From the IMG/VR virus record IMGVR_UViG_3300045988_107970, positions 1 through 64,000 of that record: DNA of 64,000 nt; one strand, written 5' to 3'. This DNA is from a virus. This document shows positions 8,140-15,061 of the stretch, piece by piece (positions within the stretch are counted from its first letter, which is position 1; each line of letters starts with the position of its first letter). The notes beneath the pieces were generated by a model that ran no database searches, had not been told where the DNA came from, and saw nothing but the letters and a program-made list of their open reading frames with translations. Both the position numbers and the translations under genes were made by a program.

Positions 8140-8230
8140 CAAAATACTACGGAAGATTAACTATTAGATTAGATGGAAAATTATCCGCCATTTTTTATTT
8201 TCTTGTTTATACTGATACGGAAAAATCTTG
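8140..8230 (+). repeat. second mini-cluster of the GGAAAA-type repeat (3 copies)
   Basis: TACGGAAGATT, ATGGAAAATT and TACGGAAAAATC within 90 bp, same orientation as the main array. Confidence 0.7.
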
Positions 8231-8284
8231 CGTAAGCATATTTATCTATTTTGTATTATATCTATTTTGTTAGGAATGTATAAA

Positions 8285-8390
8285 TTTCCACAAAAAACGT
8301 GGACAACTCACCCTACTTTGGTATAGTTGTCCACAAAAAACGTGGACAAGTGAGCTACTTTTGAGAGTTTCCCACGCTTTTTGTGGACAA
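8285..8390. promoter_or_regulatory. three copies of a 20-nt operator-like unit CCAC-A6-CGTGG-ACAA, built from DnaA-box-like 9-mers (TTGTCCACA)
   Basis: Copies at 8287-8306 and 8330-8349 (the latter with an 8-bp inverted repeat TTGTCCAC/GTGGACAA), and 8372-8390 with an inverted core. Confidence 0.7.
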
Positions 8391-8454
8391 GTTAAAGATA
8401 TTCCACACTTTGATTATTATTTGTGGAATATATAACGAGACGGAATATATATTT

Positions 8455-9030
8455 ATGGAGAGAATATGGATCACTAGATTTAAACGCATCGGATTAAATG
8501 CCTTTAGTTATATGTGTGATATACTTTGGGCAAAGCAAAGCAAACGCAAGACGGAAAGGTTTCATATGTTTGTTGACGGTAACATTTGGGTGTCGGATTA
8601 TTCTGATGTTGACGAGCTTCGGAAAAAATGCAAGGAAGGTTATAGGTTTGTCGGGGACGTTGAGTATGATGTTCCTATTGTGAAGAATCAAAAGACGTGG
8701 TATCGCTTTAAGTCTACGGATGATAGTATCACTGGGTATCTTTATGTGACGGAGCATCGTATTAAAGACGTGTTCGACCTATTAAGGACTAACGTTATCG
8801 TTCACACGGAAGATAATAATACCTTTGTGTTCCATCCCTATGGTATGACAATCAATCGCAAAAAGACTATCGTGTACAAGCGTGATACCGTGGTGGAATA
8901 CTTTCCACAAAAGAATCAATACAAGGGGCTTAGTCCTTATGGTGCTGTGTCAAGCTATGTAAATGTGCATCGCTACCGTAGTATGCGTAATACCTTGATT
9001 AACCTTGGATATATCAGCGTGGAAAATTAG
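8455..9030 (+). CDS. hypothetical protein (start uncertain: 8383 GTG, 8455 ATG, or 8566 ATG with the best RBS)
   Basis: ORF track 8383..9030; the 5' end of the ORF overlaps the operator repeats, so a downstream start is likelier. Confidence 0.55.
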   Translation: MERIWITRFKRIGLNAFSYMCDILWAKQSKRKTERFHMFVDGNIWVSDYSDVDELRKKCKEGYRFVGDVEYDVPIVKNQKTWYRFKSTDDSITGYLYVTEHRIKDVFDLLRTNVIVHTEDNNTFVFHPYGMTINRKKTIVYKRDTVVEYFPQKNQYKGLSPYGAVSSYVNVHRYRSMRNTLINLGYISVEN

Positions 9031-9031
9031 T

Positions 9032-9081
9032 GAAAAAAGTTTTGAAAACTACTTGACAGCTACGCAGCAACTTATTACAAT
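9032..9081 (+). promoter_or_regulatory. consensus sigma70-type promoter with A-rich UP-like element
   Basis: GAAAAAAGTTTTGAAAAC; TTGACA 9053-9058; 17-nt spacer; TACAAT 9076-9081. Confidence 0.75.
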
Positions 9082-9087
9082 GTTTGG

Positions 9088-9233
9088 TACAACATAAATG
9101 ATACGGAACAAAAACGAACTAGCTTTTATGTTGCATACCGTCCTTTCTGGTGTTGGTATGAATGTGGTTGGGGTCTGATTGGCGGTTCTTTCAGGCGGAT
9201 TAGGGGAGCGCTTATGCGTTCCCCTTTTCTTTT
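9088..9233 (+). ncRNA. candidate small RNA (about 145 nt) or leaderless micro-ORF transcript
   Basis: Lies between a consensus promoter and a 9-bp-stem terminator (9203-9233). The only ORF is a 26-codon ATG ORF without an SD. Confidence 0.4.
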
Positions 9234-9320
9234 ATGGAAAATTATATGGAGAAAATATGTTAGAGCTATAATCGTGATACTATTAAACCACGGAATGAAA
9301 CCGAAAAGAAGGGCAACGTA

Positions 9321-9512
9321 ATGGATAATCGCCGATGGGTTATTGCGCTTGACAAGCGTACTGGTAGGCGTGTTGAGTTTACTATGTGCGACCTTAATAA
9401 TGTGGCATTTTATCAGTCAAAATATACGCTTGACGGATATGATGTTAAAGTGTTGACGGCTGACGAGGTGGAAAAGTTCGCCGATGATGAAAAGCAAAAC
9501 GGTATCATGTAA
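9321..9512 (+). CDS. hypothetical protein (63 aa)
   Basis: ORF track; AAGAAGGG RBS. Confidence 0.6.
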   Translation: MDNRRWVIALDKRTGRRVEFTMCDLNNVAFYQSKYTLDGYDVKVLTADEVEKFADDEKQNGIM

Positions 9513-9528
9513 TTAGATTGGAACTATC

Positions 9529-9735
9529 ATGGATAATAATGAGATTGTTTCGGTTGTTGGGTTTGACAGCGCAAACTCCAGCAAGGCGGTAACGTCTTGT
9601 TGTCGGAAAGATGCACAACGCTATGCAAAGTATTATCGTTCCATCGGTTATCATGCGCGTGTAATGACATATGACGAGCTAGATAGTTTGCTTGATAAGG
9701 AACACACGGAACAAACGCCATATCTATTTGCTTAA
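9529..9735 (+). CDS. hypothetical protein (68 aa)
   Basis: ORF track; terminator follows. Confidence 0.55.
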   Translation: MDNNEIVSVVGFDSANSSKAVTSCCRKDAQRYAKYYRSIGYHARVMTYDELDSLLDKEHTEQTPYLFA

Positions 9736-9744
9736 AGTTATTAG

Positions 9745-9769
9745 AGCGCTCTAAATGGGCGCTTTTTTT
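9745..9769 (+). terminator. intrinsic terminator
   Basis: AGCGCTC/GGGCGCT stem, T7 run. Confidence 0.75.
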
Positions 9770-9833
9770 GTTGCATTTGTCGGAAAATATCAGACATTTG
9801 CAACATACATAAATGTGGAGGATCCGTGGAGAA

Positions 9834-9864
9834 GATGTGTAGACAAAGATTCTCGGCCATATGG
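9834..9864 (+). promoter_or_regulatory. early-region motif copy (3' half only)
   Basis: GATGTGTAGACAAAGATTCTCGGCCATATGG. Confidence 0.5.
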
Positions 9865-9919
9865 AATAAATCTTTGGTAATATGTAGTCAAGGAAAGGCG
9901 CTCGGAAAAAGGAGCAGAA

Positions 9920-10261
9920 ATGAGCGATATGGTTTACACTCTTAAGCCCGTCAAGGTTTGTCTTGACGGTGACGATTGCAATGTCTTTGACGCTTATCTG
10001 GTTGGATACGGTAGGCGCGGTTTCTGTGAGCAGAATAGCGGCGGCTATGAGCACCCGCATTTCACCAAGCCCGAAGCTATGCGCGTCATGCGTGCGCTGA
10101 ATCGTGATGCCGACAATGGTATTGGTGATGGTACGCGCTATGATTATCTGTTTGAGACGGATACTTTTATCGAGAACTACAATGGAGATATGATGGTGGT
10201 CAAGCCTGATATTTTCGGCATGTACGAGATGGGCGTTGATATGAGCTGGGTTTTGGCTTAG
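9920..10261 (+). CDS. hypothetical protein (113 aa)
   Basis: ORF track; AAGGAG RBS. Confidence 0.65.
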   Translation: MSDMVYTLKPVKVCLDGDDCNVFDAYLVGYGRRGFCEQNSGGYEHPHFTKPEAMRVMRALNRDADNGIGDGTRYDYLFETDTFIENYNGDMMVVKPDIFGMYEMGVDMSWVLA

Positions 10262-10293
10262 AATAAAGCACGCTTTTAACGGAAGGGAATGCC

Positions 10294-10575
10294 ATGAGCA
10301 GCTTTACCGAATATATGATTGAGCAGATTGAGGATAAGACAAAAAACAGGGTTAAAGTGTTGCCTATGTGCGGAGGTCGTGACGCTGATACTGTTTTGTG
10401 CGATATGATGGAACAAACCGACTTTGAGCGCAATAGAATTGCTAAAGATATTTTTATTTCGTGGAAGTATAGCGATGAAAGTGCGCGTGATGCCATTGAG
10501 CATATGTTTTATTTGTTTACCGAGGTGCCATTTGACGCTTTTCTTATGAGGTGCGACAAGGCATTGTCTAAATAA
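10294..10575 (+). CDS. hypothetical protein (93 aa)
   Basis: ORF track; GGAAGGG RBS. Confidence 0.6.
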   Translation: MSSFTEYMIEQIEDKTKNRVKVLPMCGGRDADTVLCDMMEQTDFERNRIAKDIFISWKYSDESARDAIEHMFYLFTEVPFDAFLMRCDKALSK

Positions 10576-10601
10576 AGTTTTCAAAGTGAAGGGTAGTTAT
10601 C

Positions 10602-10781
10602 ATGGATAACACTATTGCTAAGCTCACTGATGTTATTAACGACCTTATTGAATCAAATGAAAAGAACTACAGTGATGGCACTGGGGTATATCAAGGTGGC
10701 TATCTGGACGGATACCATGACGCATTAGTTGATGTTTTAAATCAAATGCGTATTGAGAACTATCATACTTACTATAACTAG
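10602..10781 (+). CDS. hypothetical small protein (59 aa, below the track cutoff)
   Basis: Own translation MDNTIAKLTDVINDLIESNEKNYSDG...; GAAGGG RBS. Confidence 0.5.
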   Translation: MDNTIAKLTDVINDLIESNEKNYSDGTGVYQGGYLDGYHDALVDVLNQMRIENYHTYYN

Positions 10782-10795
10782 ATTGTGAGTTTATC

Positions 10796-10937
10796 ATGGA
10801 AGATATTGATATTGAAAAGATTTGTGACGTTATCACTTTTTTGCAGGACAACGAGCAATACGGCGATGATTGGGGGCGATGCAATAGCGGAGCTGTACAA
10901 GGTGATTGACGCTATTGAAGGCTTAATGAAGTATTAA
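10796..10937 (+). pseudogene. small ORF with a frame break at a G5 run (10872-10876)
   Basis: Frame 1 gives MEDIDIEKICDVITFLQDNEQYGDDWG. The +1 frame continues DAIAELYKVIDAIEGLMKY to a stop at 10935-10937. Removing one G joins the two. Confidence 0.4.
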
Positions 10938-10940
10938 ACA

Positions 10941-10969
10941 AGGCGGATTATATATCCGCCTTTTCTTTT
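10941..10969 (+). terminator. intrinsic terminator
   Basis: AGGCGGAT/ATCCGCCT stem, T-rich tail. Confidence 0.85.
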
Positions 10970-11075
10970 AGGCATTTAATTGTGTAGGTTATATGTAGTG
11001 TTGTAATTCTCAATGGAATAATAGGTATAGCATAGTAATATATTGTTGTCGAAAGGAAGAGAGAAAGGAATCGAC

Positions 11076-11558
11076 ATGAGTACGCCTTCTATTACTATTT
11101 TGAAGAATCGTGTTTTTGATTGGGAAACCAAAGAGAAGAAGGATGTTACTGTAGCAAAGTTCTATCGCCACTATGACGGATACCTTATGGGGCATGGTAG
11201 CGACATTGCCGCAGCTATTGCAAATGCCGCATGTACGAAGAGCAAGAAGTATATTCGCTTTGACGGAAAGAAGTGTGACGAGCCTGTACTGAACAATCGT
11301 AATTGGTGCCAGCATTTTCTCAAAGAGTTGTGCAAACAAGATATGGATATTGAGTTTGTTGGCAACGATGAAAACTTTTATAGCGATTTCACCTATGTTA
11401 TTACTGGTGACTATGATAACTTTGGTGGAAAGTTTGACATTGACAAGACGGACTATCTAATTAGAATCAACGTCAAGGTCTATGATGGAGACGAGCAGGG
11501 GCAACTACTATTCGATGGTAGCGGTTTGGAATATCTAGGCTGGAAGAACTGGGAGTAA
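11076..11558 (+). CDS. hypothetical protein (160 aa)
   Basis: ATG 11076 in ORF 11043..11558; GAGAAAGGAA RBS. Confidence 0.65.
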   Translation: MSTPSITILKNRVFDWETKEKKDVTVAKFYRHYDGYLMGHGSDIAAAIANAACTKSKKYIRFDGKKCDEPVLNNRNWCQHFLKELCKQDMDIEFVGNDENFYSDFTYVITGDYDNFGGKFDIDKTDYLIRINVKVYDGDEQGQLLFDGSGLEYLGWKNWE

Positions 11559-11571
11559 AACAGCCATTCTA

Positions 11572-11610
11572 ACATGGTGAAAAAGGTGTATACTTTTTTC
11601 ACCATGTTTC
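11572..11610 (+). terminator. intrinsic terminator (13-bp stem)
   Basis: AACATGGTGAAAA/TTTTCACCATGTT. Confidence 0.8.
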
Positions 11611-11647
11611 TTATAACTAATGTGTTAGATATGTGAAAGGTCACAAC

Positions 11648-11893
11648 ATGTGGTATGTGTTTAATAGTATGCTCAATAAAAAATCTTGGAAAAGATATGA
11701 GCTTGAAACGAAAAGGTTTAGTACGTATGATGATGCGAGAAAGTATATAAAAGACAAGGCTGATAAATATCGTAGGTTTTGTATAGACGATGATTCATAC
11801 GTTGAAGATTATGGCAATGCTGTATTTGTTAATTTTCTTGGAATAAGAATTGATTTTAGTATTTTTAAGGCAGACCATATGTTATATTGGTAG
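11648..11893 (+). CDS. hypothetical protein (81 aa)
   Basis: ATG 11648 after GAAAGG RBS. Confidence 0.55.
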   Translation: MWYVFNSMLNKKSWKRYELETKRFSTYDDARKYIKDKADKYRRFCIDDDSYVEDYGNAVFVNFLGIRIDFSIFKADHMLYW

Positions 11894-11899
11894 GTTGTT

Positions 11900-12085
11900 A
11901 TGTGTGAGTATTGCGAGAAGAGTAAGAACATTTATACCAAAGACAAAAGAAGTGTTGTCTATATCGAGTGGGATGATTGTAAACCTAAGCTGGTCACTGT
12001 GAGCGGCGGATTCAATTCATGTGCCATTAGAGTGCCTATATTCTTTTGTCCTTTTTGCGGCAAGGAGTTGCGTGAATTAGATTAG
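11900..12085 (+). CDS. small zinc-ribbon protein (CxxC...CxxC)
   Basis: MCEYCEK...FFCPFCGK; terminator follows. Confidence 0.55.
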   Translation: MCEYCEKSKNIYTKDKRSVVYIEWDDCKPKLVTVSGGFNSCAIRVPIFFCPFCGKELRELD

Positions 12086-12110
12086 AGCGGTTATTATGCC
12101 GCTCTTTTTT
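12084..12110 (+). terminator. intrinsic terminator
   Basis: AGAGCGG/CCGCTCT stem, T6 run. Confidence 0.85.
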
Positions 12111-12219
12111 ATATGGAGAATTATGTAGAGATTATGTGCGGTTTGAATTGTCGCTTGCGTTGTTGTTAGTTGGTAGTGTTATATAAACAACGAAAGGGCG
12201 CGGAAGAAAGGACGCAACC

Positions 12220-12657
12220 ATGTGTGAGTGCAAGCGTTATTCGACTATTGACGATGTTGTTAGCTATGCTATCGACCCTGTTTGCGGTGAGTTTCCAGAT
12301 GATTACGATTTTTATGCTATTGCCCGTGAGCTGTTTGAGTTCGCTTCTGATGTTGACGAGAACGGTGTCCAGCATGGCAATGCGTATTTCGTTGAGCGTG
12401 AGGGCGTGGATTGGGATGCCGTTATGCAAAAGCACGACCACGGTGAAGAGTTTGATAAAATTGTAGACGATGCGTGGCATGGCGAAGGAACGTATACTAT
12501 TTCAGTAATAAATGTGTGGGTACAACACGTTGAGTGTAGTGACAAAAAAGATTTAAAGCATGAGTTGCATGAGTTTTTCGAGTATTTTGATTGTTGGAAC
12601 AATAGGGTTATCGTTACTAAGGTTAGTGATTTTGTAACATTGTTTTTATCTATGTAA
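12220..12657 (+). CDS. hypothetical acidic protein (145 aa)
   Basis: ORF track; GGAAGAAAGGA RBS. Confidence 0.65.
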   Translation: MCECKRYSTIDDVVSYAIDPVCGEFPDDYDFYAIARELFEFASDVDENGVQHGNAYFVEREGVDWDAVMQKHDHGEEFDKIVDDAWHGEGTYTISVINVWVQHVECSDKKDLKHELHEFFEYFDCWNNRVIVTKVSDFVTLFLSM

Positions 12658-12712
12658 CATTTTAGATGTTACAATTCAAAGGATAACGTTACAAACTTGA
12701 TTGGAGAATCAA

Positions 12713-13000
12713 ATGTTTATTCTTGTTAATTATCCTGCTGAATATGGCATTGGTGATGGCATTAGTGAAATTGGTAGGTATGACACACGCGAAGAAGCGG
12801 CAACGAAGATTGCAAAAGATATTATCAATTACTATGGTATAGACATTGATATTGATGATTTTCTTAAAGAAGAGCGTCAATATGATAACGGCGATTTTCG
12901 TTATGACGATGATGCCGATAATCACGTTTGGTTTAACAACTATGAGTGTAGTTGTTATGGTCAGAACATGGAAGATAGTTGGCTTATCATTAAGGCTTAA
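12713..13000 (+). CDS. hypothetical acidic protein (95 aa)
   Basis: ATG 12713 after GGAGAA RBS. Confidence 0.6.
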   Translation: MFILVNYPAEYGIGDGISEIGRYDTREEAATKIAKDIINYYGIDIDIDDFLKEERQYDNGDFRYDDDADNHVWFNNYECSCYGQNMEDSWLIIKA

Positions 13001-13022
13001 ACTTGATTTGATTGGAGTTATT

Positions 13023-13289
13023 GTGGTAGAGTTTGTTTCTTATGATGGCGAGTTCCCGAACCTGTGCAGCGGCACACTCGTGTTGCGCATTGACGGTGAA
13101 GAGGTGACGTTTCCCAAATACTGTATGCGCAGCGGTGGAAGTGTCTCTTTCGATGAAGATTGGCACGAGTATATTTCTACTGGCGAGTGGTCTGTGAAGG
13201 TTCCCAAGCAATATGCTAACATTAAAGACGAGATTGAGCGTTGTGTCAATGAGAACGTTGAATGGGGTTGCTGTGGTGGCTGTATATAA
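13023..13289 (+). CDS. hypothetical Cys-rich protein (88 aa, GTG start)
   Basis: In-frame GTG 13023 after GGAG; C-terminus WGCCGGCI. Confidence 0.5.
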   Translation: MVEFVSYDGEFPNLCSGTLVLRIDGEEVTFPKYCMRSGGSVSFDEDWHEYISTGEWSVKVPKQYANIKDEIERCVNENVEWGCCGGCI

Positions 13290-13319
13290 CAGCTTAAAAT
13301 AGTTCTTTTAGGAGTTATC

Positions 13320-13505
13320 GTGGATAGATATAGACGTGTTAATAAATGGTGGGAAGATAAAGACCGTGAGTGTACTTTCTGCCATTCAAAACTTAGCGTC
13401 AAATATGATGTACCGATTCTTGTGCCTAGCGATGGTGGCGTTAAGGAAACTTGGGTGCCATGCTGTAATGAGTGCGTGTGGCATTGTGTTTTTGGGGCGG
13501 AGTAA
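13320..13505 (+). CDS. small zinc-ribbon protein (61 aa)
   Basis: CTFCH...PCCNEC; AGGAG RBS; terminator follows. Confidence 0.55.
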   Translation: MDRYRRVNKWWEDKDRECTFCHSKLSVKYDVPILVPSDGGVKETWVPCCNECVWHCVFGAE

Positions 13506-13518
13506 TTCGCCCCTTTTT
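13494..13518 (+). terminator. intrinsic terminator
   Basis: GGGGCG/CGCCCC stem, T5 run. Confidence 0.8.
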
Positions 13519-13561
13519 ATTTTACTATCATTTCAGTAATGAATTGAAATTACACTGAAAT

Positions 13562-13605
13562 GAATTGTGTATGATCTGTGAAGGTGGAAAATCTCGACTG
13601 TATCG
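13562..13605 (+). promoter_or_regulatory. early-region conserved motif copy
   Basis: GAATTGTGTATGATCTGTGAAGGTGGAAAATCTCGACTGTATCG. Confidence 0.6.
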
Positions 13606-13660
13606 CTTTGGATTAGAGTATTATATAGACAAGGAAAGAACGGGCGAGAAAGGAACTGTG

Positions 13661-14159
13661 ATGGACATTCAGGTTAAAGAGTACAATGGCAGACAATATA
13701 AGGTTTACAATGACACTTGGTATTGTTTTGATACGCCTGATAGGGTTATTCAGATTCTCGATGGTGCAATAAAAAAACCATGAGCGTATTCGTGTTTTCT
13801 ATGGAGATACTGAAACTGGTCGTGACTGGATGGAGATTTACGATACCATTGGTTATGTTAGTCGCAGTTGTGGTAACGTCAAGATTCCTTTGCTGATTAA
13901 GAATAGTCGTTCTATTGGCGGCACTGGTATTCTTGATTACAGCATTGTTAAGATTACTATTGACAAGGTTATTGTTTATCAGCAAAGTAATTATCGTTTG
14001 CCTAACATGGAGATTCGTGAAGCGAGTGATAACCTTAAAGCAATTGGATATAATTATTCTACATTTGAAGATGGAAAGAATGATTTTAATTGCAAGACCA
14101 TGAAGCAGGCAGAAAATCACATTGATTTTCTTAAAGGCAAGCGCAACCGTGAGTTCTAG
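13661..14159 (+). pseudogene. hypothetical protein split by a frame break at an A7 run (13771-13777)
   Basis: MDIQVKEYNGRQYKV...ILDGAIKK stops at 13781-13783. The +1 frame reads on (K)NHERIRVFYGDTETGRDWMEIYDTIGYV... to 14159. Removing one A joins the two. Confidence 0.5.
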
Positions 14160-14184
14160 TATTTTTAACTGAAAGGATAGAACA

Positions 14185-14541
14185 TTGGCTTATACTATGG
14201 ACTTTGATTATGACGAGACTTATACCCTTATGCGCAAGTTTCGTGAGCTTACCAAACAAGAAGTCCGTATCATGGACTATCTTATGAAAATGTCCGTTTT
14301 CGAGGGGACGTATAGCGACCTTGCCAAGGCCATTGGCGATGAAACGCTGTGTAGTAACGTGCGTAAAGCGCTGTTGCATCTACAAAGCATGGGCATTGTA
14401 AATATCGTAAACGTATATTACGAGGACGAAGCGAAAGAGCACAATACCAACCCCATGAAAGCGTGCTTTATCGTGGACGGATGGATGTACGCTTTTTTAA
14501 TGGGTGGCTGGGACAAGGTTGAGTTCGGTACACGTGCTTAG
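14185..14541 (+). CDS. putative winged-helix DNA-binding protein
   Basis: LTKQEVRIMDYLMK...TYSDLAKAIGDETLCSNVRKALLHLQSMGIV resembles a MarR/wHTH layout; weak call. Confidence 0.4.
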   Translation: MAYTMDFDYDETYTLMRKFRELTKQEVRIMDYLMKMSVFEGTYSDLAKAIGDETLCSNVRKALLHLQSMGIVNIVNVYYEDEAKEHNTNPMKACFIVDGWMYAFLMGGWDKVEFGTRA

Positions 14542-14590
14542 ACTTAACGTGTCTTAAATCGTATTACAGTGGCTTAGAGAGGTGGTTGCC

Positions 14591-14809
14591 ATGAAGGTTG
14601 AGCAACTTAGCGATGATGAAATGTATGAGCTTAAAGACAAGCTATATACTGATTTTTACTACAATCAAGAAGCATTGCCGCAGATGATTGAGAGTGAGCG
14701 CAATGTTGTTGCGACTGCGACATACCCTAGCGACATTCCAAATTGGCTTATGTATAATCTTTTCCACGGTACAGAGTTTACCGAAGATGACTTTTGGTGT
14801 AACTTATAA
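14591..14809 (+). CDS. hypothetical acidic protein (72 aa)
   Basis: ATG 14591 after GGTGG. Confidence 0.5.
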   Translation: MKVEQLSDDEMYELKDKLYTDFYYNQEALPQMIESERNVVATATYPSDIPNWLMYNLFHGTEFTEDDFWCNL

Positions 14810-14850
14810 TTTTACCATATGGGAAAACTTCTTGTATCAAGGTAATTATA

Positions 14851-14864
14851 TTCCCATATGGGAA
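14851..14864. repeat. perfect 14-bp palindrome TTCCCATATGGGAA
   Basis: Self-complementary; partial copy CCATATGGG at 14815-14823. Confidence 0.85.
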
Positions 14865-14870
14865 TATCTA

Positions 14871-14963
14871 ATATCACGTCTCATAGGCGGCAACACTATC
14901 CCACGCCTTTTCTCACTTCTTTCCTTTCATTTGTGTTGCCGTCTATAAGGCGTGATATTTTTT
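14871..14963 (+). terminator. unusually long hairpin (26-bp stem, 36-nt loop) followed by T6
   Basis: Arms 14871-14896 and 14933-14958 pair with one C-A mismatch and two G-U pairs; T run 14958-14963. Confidence 0.7.
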
Positions 14964-14991
14964 GTGGAGAAAATATGAACTTGAAATATAG

Positions 14992-15020
14992 TTGACATGT
15001 AGTTACCAACTATATATACT
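14992..15020 (+). promoter_or_regulatory. sigma70-type promoter
   Basis: TTGACA 14992-14997; 17-nt spacer; TATACT 15015-15020. Confidence 0.7.
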
Positions 15021-15061
15021 ATTAGGCAAGAAAAGAGAAAACCTTAGAGAAAGGTACTTTA

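Noticed and set aside
9527-10060. 177-aa minus-strand ORF. The same applies to 23779..24357, 45965..46378 and 59473..60042 on the minus strand
   Set aside because: Each lies antisense to well-supported + strand genes (small early ORFs, SPFH, methyltransferase, nrdG). None has an RBS, and all have low-complexity, Leu/Ser/Ile-rich composition typical of antisense frames.
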